A stretch of DNA of 64,000 nt from Phyllosticta citribraziliensis. Its lineage: Eukaryota. Within the stretch, counting starts at the first letter, position 1; the number at the start of each line of letters is the position of its first letter. Of this stretch, positions 13,851 to 26,390 are shown in pieces. The notes below the pieces were generated by a model. It saw nothing but the letters and a program-made list of their open reading frames with translations. It was not told the DNA's origin and searched no databases. The DNA is taken from contig NW_027117343.1 of assembly GCF_038025025.1 (NCBI RefSeq), positions 1,488,001-1,552,000 of the forward strand, given 5' to 3'. The translations under genes were made by a program, and so were the position numbers.

Positions 13851-15065
13851 TTTTTTACTACCCGGCCATTCGCTCAGATTATGGCGCTGCCCAAGGTCTG
13901 GCGAACGAATATCGGGCCTCGAGATTGAAAAGCGCAGTGATGATAGCACGATTGGTCGTCCATACCAATCTGGGCTGCGATACGCTGCGCGACATGCCTA
14001 GTCTTAGCATAGGGAAGTTGTTCAATCAAACGTCTCCTCCGGTGCATCATCCACTCCAAAGATCGTGAAAAGGCAAGCTGCTGGCCGAGAGCCCGGATGC
14101 CGCCGCTGGTTGCTTGTCGTTGCCGTCTTTGCCACCGGCGCAGGACAAGAAGATGCTGCGCCGTGGCATGGGATCGACGTGATGCGCATTCCTAGACGGC
14201 CAATCGAGAGGCTTGAGTTGCCGGGCAGGGACAAGCTGAGTGGTGGCATTCCAAGCACTCGATGTATTGGAGGAGAAGCTGACGATCCTTCGGTCATGGT
14301 GGCCAGCGTGCGAAGAGGTTGGATGCTTCGCGCAGAAGAATCGTGTTCAGAGTCTTCGTCCATGGTGTCGCGTTTCTAGGCTGGCTGATGGCTTTTGACT
14401 GAACGCTGAAGGTATTGTGCACATGGAGCAATGGCACATCGAAATGGAGATTTTGCAGAAGTCGATTGCTCGCTCAGCTCCAAAGGCCATCGCGAAACGA
14501 AGCCGCCTCTGCTCTTCTATCGTTCCAGTCTGTCCTTGTGAAGCCTTTGGGCTGAAAAGGCGGCAGTGAGCTGCAGATTCCAGATTTGCTGATTGTCAGA
14601 TGGCGTCTTTGCGCCCCTTGCTGATGGCCCATTGTTCGCAGAAAACTGTTGGAGCGTGGGTTGTGCCGGCCATGCTCAAAGCTGTAAAGGCTACCGCTGG
14701 ACTGCGGCCAACATCACGTCTTTTGATGAATGACGACAATTGTGAGCCGTGAGAGATGCCAAAGGACTGCGGAAAGATGAAGGGATGTCGTTGGTTGACC
14801 GTGTGCCGTCGAGATGCGGACGGAGATCCGAACATTCACCGCATGCCATCTGAAACCCGGGCCTGTCCTCCGCTCACTCCAATGCCTTGTTGTCTCCTCA
14901 ACAACCTCCTCGCAGCTTCGCCATCGAACCCCATGCCTCTATATATGGTCCCATCGCCCCCTTGAGTCCCAGGCCATGTCACTCTGCCCCGCCCGCCGCC
15001 GTCTTGGAAATGAGATGCAAAATCGGCAGCCCGCCTCCGCATCCGACCAGACATGACCTGAGCCA

Positions 15066-16997
15066 ATGAGGCGCCCGTCCAGCAGCACGCCGTCGCCGCC
15101 CATCATGGCTTTTCGATCAAAGACGCGGCACAGGTACGCCGTCGCCTGGTACGAGAAGCCTCCTGCCGACGACGACCGCGACCGCCCGGCCGCGGGCACC
15201 GCTTCCTACCAGCTCGCCTGGATCCTCGTCGTCCTCGTCAGCTTCCTCACCGTCGGCATCATCCTGCACTCGGGCGACCACGTCGTCGTCTCGTTCCAGC
15301 TGCGGCCCGCGCAAATCCCCCTTGAACGGCAAAAAGCTGCAACCGTCGCTGGGCCCAGGAAGAAGCCTAAATTGACCGCTGCCATGGCGGCCAAGTTTCT
15401 CAACAGCTCCGTCGCTGGCGCGTGGTATCCGCCGGCGCAGTCGTGGATTAACAATCTTGACGACGTTATTAATGGGACTGGCGTTCATGGCTTCATTTTC
15501 AATTCGTCGTTTTTGCCCGAGGGCACGCCGTATGGCACGTATAATTGGTGCAACATGCCGCACGTAAGAGCTCAGGAATATCCAGTTGCGAGTGACGAGT
15601 ACGAGTTGGAGTACGTCGAGGTGGTGAGTTTTCCCAGAAGCTCGTCTCATCTCAATATCAAAATCTAACACCACCAGATCCACCGCCACCACAAACGTAC
15701 GCCCTATGCCGCCAACACGTTCCCCCGCGAAAACTACCCCTGGTCATGTGACGACGAAGGCCTCTTCTACCACGCGCAGCCGCTCAACCCACCGGGCAAC
15801 GTCTCGGCGCCGACGTACTGGTCCGTCTACACGTCGCCGTCGAACCCCTTTGCGCCAACCAGCGGCTTCAACGGGTCGTGCCAGTTCCCGCAAATCACGC
15901 GCGGCGGCCTCGACGACGCGTTCCAGCACGGGCTCGACCTGTGGTCCGTCTACGGCGAGCTCCTCAGCTTTCTGGAGCCGCAGACGGCGCGCGAGCAGAG
16001 CGCGTTCCGCGTCACCAACAACGTCATCACGTCGCAGGTCTCCAGCATGCTGATCCCGGGCTTCTTCGCCAACGCCTCGTCGCCCGCCGCCGCCGCCGCG
16101 CAGCAGCAAGCCAACGTCCCGCTCCACATCCAGCCCGCGACGATCGACTCGCTCGAGCCGGCGTACACGTGCAGCGCAGCGACAGCCCTCGCCGCGCTCT
16201 ACGGCGTCGGCAGCGCCGCGCCGTCGTCGAACTGGACCGCGCACCTCGCGGCGTCGTCGCCGCTCTTCGCCGCCCTCGACGCCATCTCCGGCGTCAACGC
16301 GTCCAGCGCCGCCTGGCACCAGAGCTGGGACCACTACTTCGACTCGCTGTCGGCGCGCCTCTGCCACGCGAAGCCGCTGCCGTGCCGCACCGGCGCGCCC
16401 ACCGACTGCGTGTCGCAGGCGCAAGCCGACGCCGTCTTCCGCCTCGGCATGTGGGAGTACGGCTACCTGTACCGCGGCGCCGTCGAGAGCCTGGCGTACG
16501 CCGTCGGCGGCTTCGGCGTGTGGCTCGGCGAGCTGGCGGCCAGCCTGCGCGGCGTCGTCGACGCCGACGGCGGCCAGCGCGTGCGCTTTCGCCACAACAC
16601 GGCGCACGACGGCTCGATGGCGCGGCTGCTGGCGCTCCTGCAGGTCGACGAGATGGTGTGGCCGGGCATGGGCGCCGAGGTCGTGTTTGAGCTGTATGCA
16701 AAGAATGTCAGTGTGCCGGTGGAGTCGGCCTCCTCCTCAACCTCCTCATCGACGGCTCCCCCGTCGTCCGCAGACGCAGACGCAAACGCGAAAGACGAAC
16801 CCCGCGCCTTCCCGCTCTTCTCGTCTCAACCGACCACGACGACGAAGAAATACTTCCTGCGCGTCCTCTGGAACGGCCAGGTGCTGCGCAGCTCGCACCC
16901 GGCGCTCGGCAAGCTGGACATGGTGCACGCAGACGCCGTGCTGGCTTATTTCGACGAGTTGGGCACCGGGGCGAAGGTCAAGGAGTTGTGTGGGTAG
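15066..16997 (+). CDS. Histidine acid phosphatase superfamily protein with an N-terminal TM segment, about 625 aa, 2 exons (intron 15624-15677)
   Basis: Catalytic RHHKRTP (RHxxRxP) appears just after the splice junction; C-terminal AHDGS (HD) motif; YNWCNMPHVR; strong GC3 codon bias. Confidence 0.9.
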
Positions 16998-17277
16998 GGG
17001 AGTGAGCGGATCAGTAGTTGGCAGATAATTTTTGTCTACGTAGGTAGTGTGTAATGCCATATTTTCCGCGACATGTTCGGATCGTAAGCTACCATCTGAT
17101 TCCAGCGAGATACCCACCCTAAACGCGCCCCTAAACGCGGCCCTTCGCCATACATCTTCATTTGCAATGTTCATCACACACGACGCCAGTATAATCCTTC
17201 CCTTGGAGCAAAACAGACAAAAAATCAGGAGGCAGCGCACAGGGAGCATTCCGCCGCTCGAACAGTAGGGTCCCCAC

Positions 17278-18306
17278 TCAGCTGACGTCGTCGTCCGAGT
17301 ACGCCCTGACACGCTTGTTCCTGGCACAGTCGCCATAGCCCTCCTCCATCCTCCTCTTGGCCGTCGTATGCTGGGCCACCTCACTGGCAATCGAGTCGGC
17401 CAGGCGGGCGATGTGGGAGAGGTCGCGCAGGGAGGCGACGGCGCTGTGGACGAAGGCCGACATCAATTCCGAGAGTACGGACTGGAACCGTGACGGATGC
17501 TCCCGGGACAGCTCGCTGAGGAACGGCGCGAGATACATCGCCATGGCGGACGTTGTTGTCGTCGTGTGGGCGCCGTGGACGAGCGCTTTCATGGCGCCGG
17601 ACACGACCAGGCGCAGGTTGTGTGTGTCGATGTCGCCTTTGCGCAAGAAAGAGCTCCAGTACGCTGCCATAGTCGCAAAGTCCAGCGGCTCGGCGTTCAT
17701 AGCATTGACAGTATTGCGCATGGCCTCGAAGGCAATCGTTTCGATTCGGCGCTCCTCTGCGGCGTCGTGCTGCTGCTGCAGGTCGCGTTGCGGCGGCGGC
17801 ACCTCAACAGGCGCGAGACCAGCAGCGGCCCTCCTCCTCGCGGCCCTGTCGCAAGGCATCGAGCCGTAGTGGTAGTTGAAGCAGAACTGGCACTGGGGCG
17901 TCCGGCACACGCCGCCGTGGTGGCACGCGCAACGCCGACATGGGCCCCTGCCTCCTTCCAGCTTGCGGCCTGCCCAGCGCGTTTCGTGGCGGCGCTCGAC
18001 CTCGTCGCGGCTGACGTGCGGAGGGACGTGGACTCGGAGACACCAGGCACAGGGTGGCCGGCCCGCGTTGTTCCAGTCGTTGGTGATGCTGGCGTCGACG
18101 ACCTTCCAGCGGTCCCAGGCGGCGAGGCGCATGCTCAGTGGCAGCGACGTGTCGCGGATTGCAATGCCATCGTGGTCAATGCTTGGATCTTGGTAGTTCA
18201 GGTGTTCCTCGACGCGCCGCTGGTTCCTGTAGTCATACGGGAATTGAATGTGCCCATGGTTAATAGTGAACAGGGCGGAGCGGCCGGTGCCGAAGTGAAA
18301 AGCCAT
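17278..18306 (-). CDS. Hypothetical protein (342 aa) with three CX2CX3HX3-5[C/H] zinc-knuckle-like motifs
   Basis: Long ORF with GC-rich third positions; motifs CAWCLRVHVPPH, CRRCACHHGGVC and CQFCFNYHYGSMPC. Start codon chosen by inference. Confidence 0.6.
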   Translation of the reverse strand: MAFHFGTGRSALFTINHGHIQFPYDYRNQRRVEEHLNYQDPSIDHDGIAIRDTSLPLSMRLAAWDRWKVVDASITNDWNNAGRPPCAWCLRVHVPPHVSRDEVERRHETRWAGRKLEGGRGPCRRCACHHGGVCRTPQCQFCFNYHYGSMPCDRAARRRAAAGLAPVEVPPPQRDLQQQHDAAEERRIETIAFEAMRNTVNAMNAEPLDFATMAAYWSSFLRKGDIDTHNLRLVVSGAMKALVHGAHTTTTTSAMAMYLAPFLSELSREHPSRFQSVLSELMSAFVHSAVASLRDLSHIARLADSIASEVAQHTTAKRRMEEGYGDCARNKRVRAYSDDDVS

Positions 18307-21300
18307 GGTGGAAGGGCGAGAGAAGAGTACAACACGAGAACGACTGGAGGGTACTTTATGAAGCGTTGGGAAGGATGAGGACCATTCGATTGACGTGCCT
18401 CGAGTGGTGTTGAAGAGGAATGGCGAGCTTTTGAGCACCGGTCACGATTTTGGCTGTCGAGTGTAAGTAGAAGAGAAGGCACGTCCCAAAGCGGCAACTA
18501 CGTCCAACATCGAACGTCTGGAAAGACTTCACCTTCGATCGACTCAACGCAGCGGAAAAAAATTCGTCAAAATCGAACGCGCGGAAAGAGCAATGAATTT
18601 CACGAGACAGGTCTCTTCGCACCGAATGGGAAAACGCTTCAACAGGGCGTCCAGATGAATTCCTCCCTAACTTATTCTATCTTTATCTTTACACCCGATT
18701 TTAGAACTAACAAGCTCCCAATGCGAGAGTTGCATCCATCTTCTCTCACTGTAAAGGTATCTGCCTCCAACAACTTGGTAATCCATGGAGATCTCTCCGC
18801 CCTTGAGCAATCGAAAGTCCGACTCCTGCCCAAGCTCCTCCGTCGCACCGCAACCCCACACACGGCCATGTGCAGGCTCTTTGTCGCTTGGCACCTGGGG
18901 AGGCGCAGAGAGAGCCGGCGGAACAGGGGCTCTGCTGTGTCAATAGCCGGGTGATGACCAATGGACGGCGTCGGTCGCGGGGGACCCAGACTGTGCCACA
19001 GCCACACATGTGCAGTGAATATATACGAAGAAAATAATCAAGATCGCAGTCTGGAGCAAGCAGTGCAAGTGAAGGGCTCCAGCTCGGTTGTCGCGGTCTG
19101 CTTCAGATTCCTGAATTTGGTCGAGGGTATTCGGTAGCCTCAAGCTCGCCGCAGTGGCCTCGTCGAAAAAAGCCTGCCACAGAGACTTTGCTCTTGGCTT
19201 GGACTCGGATTCGAGAGGCGGTGCGAGTGATCCGGGCAATTTCCCGCAGTCCAAACCACAATGAGTCGCTTTCTCCGGCACTGGCGAGTGGAAGAACGTG
19301 GATTGGGCTCAAGACGTGGAGCGGAGACTCCAAAGTCGTTGACAATGTCTGCGGCTCGCCCTCTGGACGCCGACCCTGTCTTGACGTATACCCCTGGCCG
19401 GTCCATCTTCCCATTCGGGTACGCTGTTGGTCTTCAGGAACTGAGTGGCGATCTCTACATGCTCCGGTCGCCGCTAACAGACGGAAATAGGCTGTTCGTC
19501 CACATCTTCCAGGTAGCGCCCAAGACTTGGGAGTGCTCACTCATCTGCCGCAACACATGGAGCGTTCAAGAGCTGTTACGGGAACCAAGGCGTTGGGAAG
19601 TGAGTGTCGTAGAGAGCCGGCCCACCGACCCAATCAAGGCCTGCGGGAACGCTTTGGATATCTGCACGGTGGATGCGATTGGGTGGAGTCAACCCGTCAA
19701 CCAGAGCGTCATTGTCCCACTCGTCGCGGGAATTTTCCTGGTCCCCGAAGCATCTTTGGCTGGATGGACATGAGAAAGCAATGGCAGCGGACGGATGCAG
19801 TCGGAGGAAGGGTGGATATACATGTCGATATACGAGTTAATCGGTAAAGAAGAAAGTGTACTGCGGAATTTGCCGGTAGTCTGCGGGAAAAGTAAGGACA
19901 CTTGAGTCGTTCCACTGTGTGTCTCCAGGTAGACTGAGAAGCGGACTCGGACTCGGAGAAATCCCCATCGCCAGTGCGGAGCTTGATGCACGGCCGGCTC
20001 CTGGTGCATTTTGTCCGAGTCGACAAAGGCTTAGTGGAAGCGGGAGGGCTTTTTGTAGTTGCCGACAAAGCTGGGAGCTCTCGGGCTGCGCAGCGCTTTG
20101 TACAAGGAGTGCATTGGCGGAATTGGTCGACGACGGCTTCAGTGCAATCATCTTTCAAGCACCCTCGTCCCAAGCCCTACGGGGGTTCGCTGGAGACCTC
20201 GATTCGATTTCCAGATTTCAAGCTGGTCCGACTTTTGATGGCGTTTTGACCAACCCAGTGAATTGGGAGAAACGCTTGATCGTCGACCTCTCCTTGAAGT
20301 GGTCCGCCTGGAATGCCTTTCTCTCCGCACGGAAAGCTTTAATCGGCCGTTGTATCTGAGCGTCATTAGCACTATTCAAAGGTGACAAGGTCAGAAATTC
20401 GGTTGAAAGCTTACATATAAGGACAAGATATACGGACAGAACAAATCCGATGAGTCGATTTTGAGCGCTCCTTTGATCGTCAGCCCTCGCTTCAATGGAA
20501 ACGCTCTGCTCCGAGCTGGACTTCGACGAGTCGGGATTCTCCACCTTCAATGACGCGCTTGGGGGGCATCTTAGTGGTGGTAGCAGATGCGAGCGATGTA
20601 ATTGAAGGTTGCAGATTGCAAGTCTATGCAATTTTGCACGCTCCCGCAGCCAAGGTCTACCGACTTGCTGTTGGCGGAGAGGGCGCGGACGATTGGATTG
20701 GTTATGCGGAACCAATCCAGATCCTTTTATGCCGAAGAAAACAGCCAAGGGAACAGCGCGGCCTCTCGAACGGGAACTGGGACCAATAGTGTAGTTGCGC
20801 AGTGAAGTTTCCTCAGTATCGACGCGTGTACGAATGGAGCCAGAAACGAGATATATACTAAAGGCGCACAATTCGGTCAGTCCTGAGTCTGCAAGACAGG
20901 GAGCTGTAGACACGTACCTGAGGACGGGTCGAAAAATCACAAGTTCTGCGTCACAATCCTGAGGTTTTCACAAGAGGTCCACTCTCCCGCAGAGCGACTA
21001 CACACAAATCAGTCATTATCCCATTAGGGAGCCGACGGGAAACACAGACACAGTGATGGACTGAGATCTGGAACAGAAAGGAATGTTCAGGTCGGACTTG
21101 CAATCCACGCAGAGGGCATCTTTCGGTGTCCTCTTCTGCAGAATTGCGGAAGGCTGGTCGTTTGTCCTTCCATGATCGCTATAGTGCAGCCTCTGACAGA
21201 ATCCGCCTCAGAGAGATAATGCTCGGGGTCGTATCTCGGGCTTTCGATCAATGAATCTGATGAACAAACAACCAAATCAGCAACGTGTGGCGAGGGGGTC

Positions 21301-24300
21301 GTACGGAGGGCCCTGCATTGTTTAAGGGGGAAGGTGAGCAAGAGGAGCGTTCGGGGCGCTGTGAAAACTTACCAGCATGGGTCCGAAATCAGGAAAAATG
21401 TCCATATGCAGGATATACAACAAGACCCGTTGGCCAATGCAGTTGTCGAAAGTGAGAGACGTCTCTAATCTGGACCAGTGGACGAAACTCTCCACAAGCA
21501 TGTGCCAGGAAGCCTTCCCCGCAACACACTCGACGTTGCATTCCTCTTCCAACAAAAGAGGCTACGTCAGCCACAAAAACCACACGAATGACCACACCTG
21601 CGACCGTCGGCCACTTTTCTGCACGTGTGGAGTTCTGGATACGTACGGTGCCCTCAAGATGAAATCATTTGTTTGTGGACGTTGGGAGTCTGCCCAGGTC
21701 GACCCGTCGTTCCTCGTGTTGAAATCCTGGGCGGCAAGAGTGGCCCACTCGCTGTCGATGGAGAGTTGATCGGTGATTAGCTTTGCCTGACGGTACCAGT
21801 CTTCCCACTCATGAATGGTCATCACGTGGACCTCGTCATCCATGGAATGGTCCTTTGACGAGTCGCGGGCCGCAGGTCATGTGTAAGACCAGAGGAGAGG
21901 GATTGGTACGAAGCACCTTTTTTCCGGCCCGTGCTGCGTGTCTAGCTACACCGAATCCGTTTCGTTCCTCAGGAGCGCGCCGGCGCGGTTGAGCGACTCG
22001 AAGCTGACCTTCGACGAAGACGTTGACGGCGTTGGGGGCCAAGGCGTGGAAGCTGGGAGTAGGTGGCAGCATCTTACTCGTACAACTGGCATTTGATAGG
22101 GTGTTCATACTGCGTGTGCGAAGTGCACGTGAGCCGGTGACAACGCCGACTGTTGCTGCAATGAGCAACCCCCAAGACTATTCTCACCCTGGCGGTTAAG
22201 AGAACAGCCCTTGAGCCGGTTTCCTGTTGTTGGTGCAGCCAAATTCGGAGAATAGTTGTCGCTGTCTTTCAGTTCCAGGCTTTTGGGCGCAGATGGCTTG
22301 TTTGATGCCAGATTGGACACGCGACCGATGCGCCGTTCGGAGCCAACAGGGCAAGAGACCAAGCTGGGGGAAGGAATCAACAAGACCTGTGAAATTGTAG
22401 ACATCTGACACTATACAAAGGCCACTCGAAGCTGCCGAAAGGATGTCATGCCCTGGGCAATGTGCGCTCCGAATGTGGGCACAAGCTCCCGGGGTCTTGA
22501 CTTGACCAACCGTGCCGGTTGCAATATACAAAAACAAAAATGGTAGGGTTGTAAAAGACATGAGGTCGACGCGGAGTCGCTCGCCGCATTTCGTGGGGAA
22601 TGGCTCGCCGAACGGGACGGGCGGCGGTGGTGACGGGGGGCTGCGCGTGTGCATGAACGCTCCCGGGTCTCTCCAGATCAAGTGTTCCATCCACTTCTTA
22701 GAAGCCAGGACTCCTCATCGTGTTGAGAGCACTTGGATTTTGCTGACCCTTGGTTTCCTGACAGCGCCCGCCAAAGAATGAGGACCAAGATGAGTGCGTC
22801 CCAGCCCAGATGGAGCACATGCCTATTGTTGTTGGTATAGGGCTTTAGGGGAGCAGCAGGAACCGGCATTGGGGGAGGCGTGCCGTGGCGGGCCTGGTAG
22901 CGTTCCACCGAGTCCTTGTGTTCGTTAGGGGTCGCCGCGACGGCGGATATACGCCGGGGCAAGACGCACACACATACGCCGGTGCGGAGTTCTCTGTAGC
23001 CGGTGTTGTGTTGGCGTCCCGGCCACAGGCAAATGACGTTGCGGCACTGACGCAGGTGACTGGATGTCTTAAGTGCCCGGGCCCTTTCGCGCAAGACGCG
23101 CAGAACAACATGACGTATCGGGATTGGAAGTAGAGGAAGGCGTATATACGGTGGATTGTATAAAAGAGTGAGAGGAAAAGTAAGCGGGAGAACCGATTCC
23201 CAAGCGGGAGCAAATCAGTGGTATTTCTTCTGGAAAGGAGCGCTCCCCACAGATTCTGGGCACTGATTTGGTCGACATGCGATATCTCAGCGTCTTGTGC
23301 GCTTGACGGACTCGTGGGACTCGGTCTTCTTTGCCGGTGTTCAGGCAGATAGCCCGGACAGTCGCGCTGCGACCAGGGGAGCAGGGAAAACCAGGCTGGA
23401 AAGTCGTAAAGTTCCTGGAGTTCGCACGTCATCGCGTCTTCGACAGGCCTGAAGACATACGGCCGCCTGCTGTGAGCTGCTCCCTCTCGCTCGGAGTATC
23501 CCTGAAGCCTCCGCGGCCGGTGGTGGCAGGCATACAAAGAACGGAGGCCGACTGACGCCGAAAAGGTGAGCTTCGGCAACAGCCTGGAATAGGATGTGTC
23601 CGAGAAGGGTGACCGAGGTCTTCTTTGGGGGCCTTTGCCGAGAGAAGAAGGAGGAATGTTGTCTCGCTGACCATTCGCAGAGAGGAAGAGGTATATACGG
23701 CCATGCCTATGGATTCTTCCATCAGTCATGTCCTCGAGGGCCACGCGTCGCGCCGTGAAGAAGTACACGATGGCGTGCTTCTCGCTGTCAGCTGGCTTGA
23801 TCCTCGCTGCAGTGACGAGTGACAGCGCGTGGATTGCTGGGAAAATTTGTCGATGACGCAGCAACTCTCGGCCGGTTTGAAGTTGTGCGCTTCCGAAAGT
23901 TGAGAATTTTGATGTTTTTGATCGCGGCCCTCGTCTTCCACTTCTGTGGGAGTTTGAAAGCTAAGCCGGATTCGACAGCAGAAGAAGTGCCTTTGGGGTT
24001 TGAGTGTTCATTACGCTCCTCTTCAGGACCCGTTGACATTGCGCGCCGAGGAAGACGCAAAAGACTTTTATGGGCAACCTCCACCGGCCTGGATTTTGGG
24101 GTTGCTGACAAGCCCCGAATCCTGGTCAAGCAGGCTCTCCAAACAGATCTGGCTCGCGTCCAACCAATTAGCATCAATTACCCGGAAACATTGCAAACCA
24201 GATGACGCACCTGTTCAGACAAAGATCTTACCTTTCGCCAGTGACATCCAGCCCACAGAGACCCATCCCATCTTGCGCATTCCGCTTCGACCGTCCGCCA

Positions 24301-26244
24301 CAGAGACAGCAAGATAGCTCCACCGGGAGGGCTTAACCCAAAGCCCACCACTGCGGCATGTCCCTTGAATGAAACGGTCTTTGACTCCTCGGTGATGAAA
24401 GGCTGGGCGTCGGGACCTTTGGGAGCATGCTCTCGGAGCCGCTTGTTGCTTGTCGCCGCCTGCTCTTCCGCGTCGCGCTTTCGGACTGGGCGAGGTCAGG
24501 CTTGCAATTGTGGGCCTCGAAACTACAACTTACCTTTGGTTCCTGATCCGCGGGGCTAAGATGGTGGAGGAAGTGCGCTGCGGGAGCGTCAGCGACTCAT
24601 CGACAACGTCTTTCCATGCAAAGTGATGAAGACTCGGCAACAGAGTCCCAGACATCGAGAGGCGTGGAGATGGTTATATAGGACGAACATAAAACAAGCA
24701 GGCCCCGATCTCATGCGCGTTAGCATCATTATTTCCACCAAAGATACCAAAAGGCTCACCTATACATTCAAGCCGTCCCCCAGACCGCAGGCCCATGGCG
24801 AGGGGTTGTGCTTTCACCCATGGTAGCGTGAGGTGCGACCGCGCCTGGGCGAGAGATCCAGGCCGTGGGGCGGACAAAGGTCTAGATGGCATGGGTTGTT
24901 GCCGATTCGGTCGTCGCATCAATTGGCCCGCGAGGACGCACGCCAGCGGACTTGAGCATTGGCTTGAGCCTTGGCTTTGCGAGAAGAGAGACGTTTCGCC
25001 GCCAGGTAGTTCTTGAATCACGGCCAGGATCCGTCTCCGGGTTGCGTAGAGCTGTGGGAGCCGTTGCATCTCCGGGCTGAACGTCCACAGTGGCTGGTCA
25101 CCTTTGCCGACGGCGTCACCTCAGTGTGCAGTGTGGAAGCAGGTGATTGTCTTTGGAGCAGAAGAAGCAAGGAAAGGTCGTGATGGACGCCAGGCACGGT
25201 GGCGAGTCTGCAGGAGCGAAACCAGTTGCATTGAGTTATAGGAGGACGCGCGCGCGGTGATGGAGTCGTTGTCAAGACGCGCAACGCGCACGCAGGCGAA
25301 GGAAACAAAGAAGCCGGATCCACAGTACGTTGTCTGGGCCGTGAGACGAGCACCGAAGCCGTGGTCTGCGCAAAAGCTGCAGCTCCACAAAATTGGCCGT
25401 CAGCCCTTTCGGCAGCGGTCAAGTAGTAGCCGCCTGGTGGGGTGCCAGCGCGGCCAGACCTGAGGCAGCGTCTGGCTATACTTCTCCTCGTCTCCCCACA
25501 ACGCTATTGCGCGGATCCTGCTACCTGGACAACGAGCAAAGGAAGAGTTGTCCATTCTTTCACGTCTACCGCCGCCGGCGCACACCAAAAGTGGATGTGA
25601 GCGGCTGTTGCTGGAAGAGCTCATCGATGGCGCTCAACGCGTGGCGAAAAAGTCGACTGGTGGACTGGCAAGCCGCGCAAAAAGCCGTCGTACAATCTCC
25701 AATGTCTCCATGTCGTCAACATCCGGCGTTCTTTCGCCGCTGGCTTCATCCATGCAGGTAGAGCACGATTCTTCCGCCGGAACAGAGCCGCATAAGCGGA
25801 GCGGGTGAGGCCGATTGGGAAAGTTCTTGGGCATAGTCAACTTTGCTGAGGCAAATACGCTGTTTGCCTTTCTTGAACTTGGACCGAATCGTTGTACTTG
25901 GGGTTCCGCGTTGCATGCTGATCTTCCTCTTCGTCACCTGCTCGACGAAGCGACTAGCTCTCCGGGAGGCGGAGACAGTTTGAGCCGGTCATTCCTCAGC
26001 TTGGAATCAGGCAGGAAGGGTATATACATCGATTGAAGTGGGTATACAAACGGAAAGCGGCGATGACGTGATGGAGAAAAGCGGTAGAGGAGGGAAGAAG
26101 AGCGATTAGGAGACTGCACGTTCGCTGGGCGCAGATCGCCGCTGTGTGGACCGGGAAAGCTTCCTTGTGTGGATGGTTGATGACTCTTCCTCTCTCCTGA
26201 GCTCCTCGTCGACGTCGATGGAAAGAAATCGGGAACAAATGAGA

Positions 26245-26390
26245 CTCCCTGGATCTGGCTGCAACAATGAATGACTGCTTCTTGAGCGTAGCAACAGCAG
26301 TGCGCGAATGCTCCCTAGGCGCAGCTGTTGCAGTAACCGAACGCTCCTGAAATGAAGCTGCTGCAGAGAATTAATGCTCCCTAAGCGCAC
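26245..26390. repeat. Degenerate 36-bp tandem repeat, about 3-4 copies
   Basis: AATGCTCCCTAGGCGCAGCTGTTGCAG / AACGCTCCTGAAATGAAGCTGCTGCAG / AATGCTCCCTAAGCGCAC at 36-nt spacing. Confidence 0.65.

Noticed and set aside
17117..17140. Telomere-like CCCTAA copies
   Set aside because: Only two copies within a 12-bp duplication, not a telomeric tract.
26106..26390. Leucine-rich-repeat-like peptide (LRLGSIxxLQQL)
   Set aside because: It is a by-product of a short 36-bp DNA repeat with no supported gene model.
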